A stretch of DNA of 59,533 nt, counting the filler, from Squatina squatina (Eukaryota), in the NCBI GenBank assembly GCA_031763465.1. It is 3 parts of 3 records of this genome, joined end to end, with 100 filler letters (N's around TTAATTAATTAA, not from the genome) between each part and the next. Parts side by side here need not be neighbours in the genome. Positions count along the whole stretch, not along the records: positions 1 to 21,652 come from JARFOE010000194.1; 2 more parts are not named here. The stretch is one strand, 5' to 3'. The position numbers and the translations under genes are program-made. A model generated the notes under the pieces. It did no database searches, was not told the origin of the DNA, and saw only the letters and a program-made list of their open reading frames with translations. Shown here piece after piece: positions 1 to 11,113 of the stretch. Every line of letters starts with the position of its first letter. Positions within the stretch are counted from its first letter, which is position 1.

Positions 1-127
1 GAAGGAGCTCTCCCTCTTGATGCCCCTGAAGGTGATAATGGTGAGTGAAGCTGCAATCATCAATTTGACTCTGCAGCTTTGCAGGCTGGCTTCTCTGCAG
101 ATGTCGTGGGCCTATGTAGTAAGGAGG

Positions 128-300
128 ATATTCAAGAGAAAGATTGATAGATCTTTGAATATTAAGGCAATCAAGGGTAATGGGGATGGTGCAGGAAAGT
201 GGAGTTGAGTTAGAAGAACAGCCATGATCTCATTGAATGGCAGAGCAAGCTCGAGGGGCCGAATGGCCTACTCCTGCTGCTATTTCTTATATTCTTATGT
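128..300 (+). mobile_element. CR1 LINE 3' end fragment
   Basis: Tail ...CAGCCATGATCTCATTGAATGGCAGAGCAAGCTCGAGGGGCCGAATGGCCTACTCCTGCT...TTCTTATATTCTTATGT; closely related copies at 16949-17278 and 22027-22345, where the tail follows CR1 ORF2-end sequence. Confidence 0.85.
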
Positions 301-310
301 CTAACATATT

Positions 311-408
311 CCAGTTCTGATGAAAGGTCATTGAGCTGAAAGGTCAACTCTGTTTATGTCTTCACAGATACTGTCTGATTTGCTGAATGTTTCCAGCATT
401 TTCTGTTA
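311..408 (+). mobile_element. Penelope-type terminal repeat fragment with a degenerate minimal hammerhead motif
   Basis: AGTT-CTGATGA-A-AGGTC-ATT-GAGCT-GAAA-G-GTC-AACT, then ...CACAGATACTGTCTGATTTGCTGAATGTTTCCAGCATTTTCTG; homologous to 24952-25075 and 54819-54942(-). Assignment to Penelope is inferred. Confidence 0.6.
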
Positions 409-3400
409 CTATATTCTATTAGTTTTGTTGATTGCTGCTCTGCAGTAGTTAGCAGATCGTAAAATCAGAAATGCAATCTGTCAAATTGTGTATTAATAAT
501 CCAACAGCTGAATAGTCACAGCTATTATTCCGTGTAAAATATTGAAGGAAGTTAACAAATATCATTAATGGGAACTTAAAGAGCAGGCCTGTCACTGAGG
601 AGTCGGAAGCTTCCCATTTGACACTAGCTCACCCTACAACCAATCCCTCAATAGGTTTTGGTAGGCCAGCAGCAAGCAATTTCCCAGTGCTCTGTGCTGG
701 GAAGTTAAATGGTTTTGGTTGGCTAAGCTCCAGCAATAGGTCTACGCACACTTGTGGGTCCCTGAATCTTGACTCAAACTAAACTGCAGCTCCGTTTTCG
801 GGGTTTAGGTAAGTGGCGTGTGTCCCGACCGGGAGATACCATGCACTCCATGTTGGCAAAAAGAAACTACTTTTGTGGATTCTTCAGTCCTTTGGTTTGG
901 AGATTCACAAGCACGGTGATGTGTAACAAGACACCTGGCTAACAAGAAAATATAATTTTCAATAATGCAGGCACATATGTTTCATCAGAGTAAACTTGGA
1001 TCACTCGTTAAAAAAAGTTTAAAACACAATCATTTGAAAGTAGCTTTTCACTCAAATGTGTTTACTGTAAAACTCCAGCGAATCCTATTTTAAATGTTAT
1101 GCCAACTTTGAATCAGAAATATTAAACATATATATTTCATGTTCTCCTCACATCTCCTCATTAACTAATGCAGTACAACTTGATGGGTACATCTTTCACT
1201 GATAATGAGTGTCACAGTGCAACAAGAAAAACATGCTCATTGCCACAAGAGAGATTAAAGTCTTACCGAGCCATTTCTTTTCTGTTAAAGACTCCTGTGA
1301 AATATTACAACACTTTCAATCGTTTATTACTTTACGTTTTTTCAGAAAACCCATGCCTGCACATACTTAGACACTCTGATTTAAAAAATAAACTTGAAGC
1401 CCAATGTGGCCTGACACTTTTATTCCATTTCGGGGGCAAAGTAATGGCATTTGCAGGTTTGTGATAGCAAAGGGGAATGTAATGGATCAAAAGACTGACA
1501 AAAGGAGACAGGGACACATCACAATGAAATACTGGAAAATGGTGGTTCTATCAGTTATCAGACTGAGAATAAAATAATACCTTGGTATTTTAAGGGGTCA
1601 AAACAGACATTTTTTTAACAACTGATACTCTGAACAAAACATATGGGATATTATCTGTCCTATAGTTAAAAATGGAATAAAATCCACCATAATAGCTTTT
1701 GTAGACCCTTGTCTGACCCTCTGTCAATCCTCCTTTATCCACGATTTGCTTCTACAAGACATCAAACACACTTTTCATTCTCCCTTATGTTTTGAGAACT
1801 GCAGGGCTTATCTTCATTTATTTCACATTTTTAATGANNNNNNNNNNNNNNNNNNNNNNNNNNNNNNNNNNNNNNNNNNNNNNNNNNNNNNNNNNNNNNN
1901 NNNNNNNNNNNNNNNNNNNNNNNNNNNNNNNNNNNNNTGATCGGGGGTTCTATTAGCCTTGGTTGCATTTTACCTGTCTGAGTTGTTGAACAGGATTTTT
2001 AAAGGGTAGTTTATGATGTACAGTTTAAAAGCTGCTTATAAAATGTATAGATATTATCTTTACGTGATTATGTCAGGTAATAGTTGCAGAATCGCAAGGC
2101 TTTCCTGCAAGACATGATAGCTCTATTCTAGCTAGACTGTTAGAGGAATTAAACTAACACATACGCAAATAAGCACAGAAACACAGAGAGTAGCTTACAG
2201 CCAGCCATGGCAGATGATAAATATGTGAATGCTATTAACTAGATGACTCACCTGTGAAACTGGCATGAGTGTTTAGGGTCTCTTAATGAGCAGAGATGCT
2301 CATCAGATGACATGACTGGCCAGGATGTGTTCTATTATAATTCAATAATCAGCTAAAAAAAGCATTCTCTCAGTGTTTTTCATTGTTTAGTGTTTTTGTA
2401 ACTCAAGTATCAATTGCATTTGCTTTGTTACTTTTTATTCTATTATCCACTGGGGGTTTCTCCACATAAATAAAGAATACAAAACGCAGAACTTTGGATA
2501 TATGAAGGTTTGGGCAGACCAAATAACGAAATTGCGAGTACTGTATCCAGTATCATCCAAACGTTCAAATAAACAGAAAGAACGACACCTAATAGTTTAA
2601 AGTGTTAGAATAGGTTCATAAAAGGAAATAAAACCTCAGCTGAGGCAATTAGTGACACCATGATACAATAGAAGGTAATACAGTCTGAAATAGGTCTCTG
2701 AAAGCCTTTTCATGGGTGTTATCTCATGGGCTGACAGTAGCTATAACACTCCCAAGGGGAAACCTTTCATTTGAATAAATTGGTTATTTAATAGTATTGT
2801 ATTTGCATAATTTATTCAGGTATGAGGACTGGGACTAATTTCTTATCATTCACTATCCTTAAAACAGCTTCAGTTATTGCTTCAAAAATAGTATACTTTA
2901 ATAAATTGTCACAGTGCCTATGATTCATTGACTCTATAAATATGAATATATTTTAACATCTTGAGAAGGAACTGAACCAGACAATGTGTTTCTGTAACCA
3001 AGTGTTAGTGATAAGGCCTCATCTCCGCACTGATAACATTTATTTATATGCCATTTTAAAATGTCAAAAAAGCCAGGGAGGTAGAAAATTAAACTATGAC
3101 TATGGCAAATTATCTAAATATATTGTTCTTGGGGCCTTATGTCCATTTTTTTAACCTTTAACCACTGCTAATGAGGTTTTCATTTCTGCAAAGAGATGAA
3201 AACTGTGTCACATAACAATATGAGACAAGATACTTTCAAGATTTACATTAGCCCAGAATAAGACAAAATGGGTTTAGTGATCAGGTAAAGCTTTCTTCCG
3301 TTATAACTACATTTTGCGGTAAGGCTAAAATTGCTTGCTGGTATGACACTTATGAGTGAGGCCCGACATACTGAATTATTCAATCACCTTCATTTCTGGG

Positions 3401-3413
3401 GTACAAATTCTGT

Positions 3414-3704
3414 GGCCGGAATTTTCCCACTGCCGTGCGTGTGGGATTGGAGGCAGGTCAGCAGTAAAAGTCAGAGAAAAAGGGAGCGCATCGAGAACCC
3501 ACAGTCATCCCGCCTCCACGGCACCGATCTGAACAGCAGAGGGGGGTGACCTAGTTAAACTTATTAAAACTTTGTTGTGAGACCCTTAGCAGTGTTTTTA
3601 ACCAGAACTTTTGAATTTCACTGGATGACCACAGGAATCACACAGCTCGGGGACCACATCTGTCAATCTGAGGCGGAACTTCAGTGGCCATTGAGCGAGC
3701 AGGG
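3414..3704. mobile_element. Left end of a Harbinger-family element or MITE
   Basis: Starts GGCCGGAATTTT, the exact reverse complement of AAAATTCCGGCC at 12959-12970; GC-rich interior runs into a gap. Confidence 0.55.
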
Positions 3705-5349
3705 NNNNNNNNNNNNNNNNNNNNNNNNNNNNNNNNNNNNNNNNNNNNNNNNNNNNNNNNNNNNNNNNNNNNNNNNNNNNNNNNNNNNNNNNNNNNNNNN
3801 NNNNNNNNNNNNNNNNNNNNNNNNNNNNNNNNNNNNNNNNNNNNNNNNNNNNNNNNNNNNNNNNNNNNNNNNNNNNNNNNNNNNNNNNNNNNNNNNNNNN
3901 NNNNNNNNNNNNNNNNNNNNNNNNNNNNNNNNNNNNNNNNNNNNNNNNNNNNNNNNNNNNNNNNNNNNNNNNNNNNNNNNNNNNNNNNNNNNNNNNNNNN
4001 NNNNNNNNNNNNNNNNNNNNNNNNNNNNNNNNNNNNNNNNNNNNNNNNNNNNNNNNNNNNNNNNNNNNNNNNNNNNNNNNNNNNNNNNNNNNNNNNNNNN
4101 NNNNNNNNNNNNNNNNNNNNNNNNNNNNNNNNNNNNNNNNNNNNNNNNNNNNNNNNNNNNNAAAAGAATGAATATGCCTGCTTGTAAAAGATTAGTTCTG
4201 TTAAATTTATCTGGTTCTGGGCTATTGTGTATTATTTATGTCCAAAGTCACGCATCAGCATGTCTGTAATAGCTGATATAGGTAATAAATACTGTAAACC
4301 ATCTTTTGTGTAAGTGGTCTTCGATGCAGCATTTAGCCTTGAGCCCATTTCATGTTAAATAATGTAATGTCATGGGCAATTTCTGGGCAGCATATTGGGT
4401 CTTGGCAATTTTTTTTTTACAAGAATTGATGTTGGATGCCTGAATGACTTATATAACCACTGGAATACATTAATAACATACATTAATCAAATTGTATAAT
4501 GTTTAAGCAACAAAGAACACTGCTGCACAATACCATTCACGCCACAATCAGGGCAAAAAGCAGCCCATCTAATTTAAAGATGCAATGTTCAAATTTTTAA
4601 ACTAACATTGGGCAATTTTATATAGCATCACCTTCCTTAACGATTAGCATATGTAAATGATAGAAGGTTTTAAACATTTTTAGTACTGAAAAGAAGGTAT
4701 ATTAATTGGAAAATGACTATTTATCATCCATTGGCTTCAAAACCTGTTCCATGTGAATGCATTTTAAATTGGTATTGTGTGGTTGTCTAAAAATGGAATG
4801 GAAAATAAAAGTCTGAGATGGTTTAACACATTTTCTTCTTGCTGGAATGGTAGCTTAATCACCTGGAAATGAGTAAGTGATTTGAGTGTTGCTGATATGT
4901 TTATATCTTAATGGACAAAGTCTATTTTCTAAGCATTGACAATTATTTTCCAATATATAGACACAGTCAAGCTGAACTTTTCTAATGGGCTTCTAGATTT
5001 ACCAGGAGATGCAATGGGCTTAGAACCAGGAACATAATAAACCTTATACTGTCAGATATAATCTATGGCAGAAAACAGAACCTCTTCCCTTAACAAACTA
5101 CTTGATTTTTGTCAAGGGATCTAACGTTAGCTTGTGTGCAGGCCAGTATTAACCTTGTCAAAGAAGTGAATGTTGTTTGCATTCTTCAAAAACTGCTGTG
5201 CAATGAAGTCTTATACCTGTGTAACTTGCGTACTTCACCTTCTTGTGCCNNNNNNNNNNNNNNNNNNNNNNNNNNNNNNNNNNNNNNNNNNNNNNNNNNN
5301 NNNNNNNNNNNNNNNNNNNNNNNNNNNNNNNNNNNNNNNNNNNNNNNNN

Positions 5350-5900
5350 GCTCTCCCTCACTATAGGAAGTAACTGTGGCTCTCCCCCACTATAGGAAGT
5401 AATTCTGGCTCTCCCTCACTATAGGAAGTAATTCTGGCTCTCCCTCACTATAGGAACTAACTCCGGCTCTCCCTCTCTATAGGAAGTAACTGTGGCTCTC
5501 CCCCACTATTGGAAGTAATTCTGGCTCTCCCTCACTATATGAAGTACCTGTGGCTCTCCCCCACTATTGGAAGTAATTCTGGCTCTCCCTCACTATATGA
5601 AGTAACTGTGGCTCTCCCCCACTATAGGAAGTAATTCTGCCTCTCCCTCACTATAGGAAGTAACTCCGGCTCTCCCTCACTATAGGACATCACTCTGGCT
5701 GTCCCTCACTATAGGAAGTCACTCTGGCTCTCTTTCACTACTGGAACTCCCTCTGGCACTCCCTCACTATAGGAAGTCACTCTGGGTCTCCCTCACTGTA
5801 GGAAGTAACTCTGATTCTCTCTCACTATAGGAAGTGCCTCTGGCTCTCCCTCACTATCGGAAGTAACTCTGGTTCTCCCTCACTATAGGAAGTAACTCTG
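5350..5900. repeat. Minisatellite, 19 tandem copies of a 29-bp unit (left end in gap)
   Basis: Unit consensus GCTCTCCCTCACTATAGGAAGTAACTCTG; units start at 5350, 5379, 5408, 5437...; 551 bp = 19 x 29; scattered substitutions, no spacers. Confidence 0.97.
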
Positions 5901-8900
5901 GAAGAATCTCTGAACGAAGTAGGACGCAAGTATCCCAAGGAATAAAAAGAAAACCAATTACAAGTTTTGAAGGTCTGTGATTTCAACAGGAAGTGGTAGG
6001 AATATACAACAGGTCAGCACCTAAAAGAGAAAAGAGGTTAGTGGAAGCGCTCTACAATCAGCTGATCTCATAGACCCCTTGCAGAAAGACATTGTCTTCA
6101 TTACTGAAAAGGAAAATCACAGGTAGAGTAATGAGTACTATCGTTCAGCACAGAGAAGGCACACAAAAGAAAGCACTCTCGAGGTTAGGCGACTTGTGAC
6201 TGTGACTTCCAATTGTACTGCTCGTGATTTTTGTGTTGTGTTTATGGAGATGAAGGAGCTGTTGCTGGAGAATGGAATATCTTTAGTATTTTGAATAATA
6301 ATCCCCATTAACTGTGCTACACCTGTTGACTATACTGGCTCCCCAGTCAATGAAGCTGCAAATTTAACTATTGTGCATCACTGAGAGGGTACATTGTCCG
6401 CCAACCATTCATGTTAGAAATTCATAGGTATACTGCCCATGGTTTTGTGTCCGTTAAAAAAACACCTTTTAAGTATGTCTATTACATAACATCTAGGAGA
6501 GAGGGAAGTTGTAATTAAATGGCTTGGATCTGATGATGTTATGATTTATTTCAACTTGGTTTATGGCATCATTAAGACTCCTCAGCTGAATTATTGTCTT
6601 ATAGCTCTATCCTTGGTACCAAATATGGTCTAATTCCTACACATAATGAGAATTTCACTGCATTTGGTGCTTCTACACTTTGATGTGTTAGAAGAGAGCT
6701 TGAACAGCAGTTCAGCTTTTCTTTACGTTTTTTTTAGCAGTTTGCGAACTTTTCTCAAGACTCAGCAAACCAAAACCCAGGAGATTTGTTCAACTTGAAC
6801 ACTCACTGATGTGTCAGCTAGTTTATGCTTACACTCAAGATAAAGAAGATGATTAAAGCAGCTTTCAGTGCCGTGGGCATTTGTACTAACAGATCTGCAT
6901 TTTTGCTTAGGATATTTTGTGCCAATTTCTTGTACACACAGCCTCGTGACATATTCTCCTTTCTCTTTTCCTTTATATGGGACAGTGACATGATAAGTTG
7001 CTGAACTGTCAGCTCAGTTGCATACAAACTTGGCAGCTGACAACATAAACTACATTCCTTTGTAAATAAAGATTCCAGGAGCACCAAAAAAGTGTCCTTT
7101 AAGCATTATCTAAAAAAAAGTAAACAGTTTAATTTTTCTTCCTTTTGTTGAGGCTTTTTCCATGACATGTACACCCAATCATTTTCTTTGAAGTAACAAT
7201 GCCTTGTCAGGGGCTTCTAAAGAATAAAAGACACCCAATTCGATAGACATTATAGAGCTTGAGACTACTTGCCAATTGATGTTCAATAACATTAAATGTG
7301 AGACAGTAGATCTTGGGTCTAAACAGCTGCACAAACTGCGATTTAGCTAACCTGGATTTTAAAGGCGGCCTTTGTTGCCTACACAAAGAAAGCCTGGTAT
7401 CCATAATATCAAGACCTTTATCAGGTTGCCCTTTAACCTTCTCAGCTGTCGTGCAAAGGCCTTGACTTCTCAAAACTCTCTTCAAAACAGTAACCCCTTA
7501 TTTCTGGTAAGGTTGTGATCGGCACCTTTTCCACAGCTTTTATAACTTAGAATTACATAGAAATTACAACACAAAAATGAGCCGTTTGGTGCTTATCTTC
7601 CACCCGAACAGCACTCCTAATCTCACATGTTTCCATATACATTTNNNNNNNNNNNNNNNNNNNNNNNNNNNNNNNNNNNNNNNNNNNNNNNNNNNNNNNN
7701 NNNNNNNNNNNNNNNNNNNNNNNNNNNNNNNNNNNNNNNNNNNNTGAGTAGAGTGTGTGCGCTGCGCACACTCTGCCCATTTGTACCGAGGGTGATGAGT
7801 GGCTTTAACAGGGGCGCTGGAGGTCGCTCATTGAACAGTCCAGGAAATAACTTTTTTTTGGTGGGGCCAGGAGGAGGGTTGGATTAAATAGGGCCATAGT
7901 GTTTAAAATTTGCCAGATACTATCACAAGGAAGTTAAAAAGCTTTCAGAAGTGCTTCTTTCTGCTCTGTGCCTCCCTTTTTTGCAGCCAATATGTGGAAT
8001 AACAATATAAACCTCTGTCTCCATAGAACTAAAATTGCTGCTCACATTTATTACCTTTCATAGACTGGACTGTTAACAAGCACAATCCCTCTGTCATGTT
8101 ATGCTGTCTGTGCTTGCTGCACCTGTATAGTGAATGTTAATATATCGTGGAGGCACTATCTATGGACTTTGTGCAGATGGAAACTGTAGACAGAAAATCA
8201 GTAATAAATTGCATCTGGTGATTATACAGTCTTGGAAATCTATAAGGAGTTTTATTCTCAGGGCACAATAATCCCAGTGAGAGCGCTTTGTGCACCTGGC
8301 TAATCAGCTGTTGAAAGTGCCATCACATTGTCCAAAATGAAAACAACAAAAGTGGACTGAGAGTATTGATTCTCTTCAGTATTTCAGTCAGTTCTTGATT
8401 TAAAGAGTTTTAGGTTTTAATAGAAAACAAAATCCCGGATTTTCTCTTGGCTTTCAAGTAGCAATAATTTGTATTTGTTTAGGTTGGCTAGAACGGAGGG
8501 CTGATAGAACTTTGATTTTGCACTAGAGCATTAATTTTCCAACTTTGTGCTCCTGACAACAGTGCATATTGGACTCACTGACCATTTAAAAATCACGATT
8601 GGAAAATTGTGCGCAACCGAGCCCAATATTACCAATCTGTGCTTTTGGCAGGCGAAGCCCCCTTGCTGGAAGTGCAAAGTCAAATAATTATCCCAAATAA
8701 ACCTAATTAAGCTGGGTTGAAATATTTTTTTATGCACTTATCTCACCACAACACAAAAATGGCATTTTCTGAAAAAAAAAGGTGTAAATTCAAAATTTTA
8801 ACAGACCTGCTGGGGGAAATTTTGGAACTCCGTAACAATTTTATATAGATAGGATTTTTTTTAGACTAGATTTTAGGACAAATAGCTTCATTCTGGGGAA

Positions 8901-9889
8901 CAAAATAACTGCACGAGATCAAACTCAAAGCACTGCAATAACAAGCTTGAAGCATACTTTCTGTTCAAATGAATTGTGTTCAAGTTTTGGGAACAGATGA
9001 CATTTAAGTAACAAGGACTTGACTTTCGCAGCTTGCAATGCAGATTATTACATTGAGCAGACGCATAGGTTACGCACTTGTCATGTGGTGTACTCAAGAA
9101 ACAATTTTTAGTAGTCTTATTTTCCACTTCGTGAGAGAAATGTAGAACTGGTTTNNNNNNNNNNNNNNNNNNNNNNNNNNNNNNNNNNNNNNNNNNNNNN
9201 NNNNNNNNNNNNNNNNNNNNNNNNNNNNNNNNNNNNNNNNNNNNNNNNNNNNNNGTTCACTGACACAGCATGATCTAGCATGCTAATATACAAAACCCCA
9301 GAATATAGATGTTATGTTGTTTCAGGTGCCAGAGGAAGCGACCAAGCCATTCAATTCAAATACAAGCATCTTATGGGTTTTGTTTGAATATAGGCTTGGT
9401 TTTCAGTGTTTTTTGCTTTTCTAGACACATATTTACAATTCTTGTTTCCTGGTCATTTTTTGAAAAGTATTCTTCAGCTTGGCTTGTCCATGTGAAGCCA
9501 TGTGAGAGAGAAGTTTGATAGGCTAGGGAGTCCATGGACAACGAGCGTGAAACTACCACGTAAAGGTTAATCTTAAGAGAACTTGTGTTGGTCCAGCTCT
9601 CATTGCAGATTAGCACAACTGGTGCAGCTATTATTTCCTATCATCTGAGGAGAAATACTTAAGTTGTAACTACTGGAAATCTACAGTGTGTCATTGCTTC
9701 TGTTCACTTATCCCTTCACCGTTTTATAAGTCTGTAAGCTGAAACACAATGACAGGGGTTTTCTGTTCAACCCCTGGGCTCCTTGGAAATTACCTAGATA
9801 TTGATCAGGTGCAGTTACATTCTGGCTCATGGGGACTGAAAGCTTGTACTGGTCTGATACATTAAACCAGAAAAAAAAGTATCTGGAGT

Positions 9890-10235
9890 AATACCCTCAA
9901 AGCTTAACAGTTTTTGTCCATGTGTGAGCCTTGACAGTGCATGTCATCAGGCTATTTAACAATGGGGGAGTGCTATCAGAGTCAAGCTTGATTCTGATCT
10001 AACCTGATATCCACAACACATGCACTTTTAGCATTCAGCATCGGCTGCCAAATAGCGATCAGGAGCAGGATTCCCGGACGGGTTTAGTTTCCCTAATTCT
10101 GGAACAATAAAGTCAACTGTAAACTCCCTGCCACCCCTGGCTGACATCTGCTAACACAGCGTAGAATAGGGATTATACCTGGGACCTTTCTCGTCTATGT
10201 GGCTCAGAGACTCACCGCTGAGCCATTGCGGAAAT
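9890..10235 (-). mobile_element. AmnSINE2-like tRNA-derived SINE, degenerate
   Basis: Reverse strand reads TGGCTCAG...CTGAGCCACATAGAC...AAGGTCCCAGGTATAATCCCT...GTTAGCAGATGTCAGCCAGGG...CCTGCTCCTGATCGCTAT; several homologous copies in the window. Family name from memory of the consensus. Confidence 0.6.
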
Positions 10236-11113
10236 CCAGCATCTGTTTTCTGTATGCCTGCGGATAAAATTATTTCCAGTCAGGTTCGGTTGATATCACA
10301 TTGGGAAATGCAATTTTTATCTTCCTGGTCTTTGTCTACCTGACTGTTCAAAAACCTCAACAAATACTACAAAATATCAAAAACTGTTGGATAATTCTCT
10401 GATTTTAATCCACAGATGTGCAAATGGATGTTAATTTAAAAATATGTTGTGCAAAGAAACATAACATCTGCCAAGACTTCACCCACAGTCCCTTTCTCAC
10501 CAGCAGCACTTGCTCCATATATAACATAACAACAGCGACTATAAACCAGAACAGGTTACAGGAACACCATAAATAATACCACAGAAACAAATATTTATGT
10601 TACCACTAAATTATAGGATTGGTTGTTAAAATAAAATGGGGTTGTTAATCTCACAATGCATCTGTGGCAGTTATGCTTTGACAGCTTTCACAAGTTAAAC
10701 GTTAGAAAGATCACCGTATAATATGGTCAGTGCTGAAAATTTCACAGCTATTACTTAAATTCATTAATCCTCGTCATGAACAACAACCTTCCTTAAATAG
10801 GATTTTATTTAGAGTAGGGGCCAAAATTCCCAAAGAGAAGCTCAGAATTTGTTGACATGTTGTAATGAAGCTAATTGGCGTCCTTCACACTATCTTGATG
10901 TCTCATCTGATGATTCTGTCACATATCAGTTTGCTGGGGAGGGACATATGAACTAGGAACTTAACCAGAGAAGGAAATGCAAAGACAAAGAGGGTTGCAT
11001 GATTTGAGAGACATGGAAGGAAAAGGGAATTGCAAGAGCAGGCACTAAACCCAAGGGTGAGGGCAATGAATATCTTGGAGACATGGAGCAGGGAGAGGTA
11101 ACTGAGAGACATA

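Noticed and set aside
5350-5900. CRISPR array, or T7/T3 promoter or FRT vector contamination (CTCACTATAGG, TATAGGAACT)
   Set aside because: Units are head-to-tail with no unique spacers, there are no cas genes and the DNA is eukaryotic. The T7 specificity region TAATACGA and a full FRT site are absent, and the units show natural divergence.
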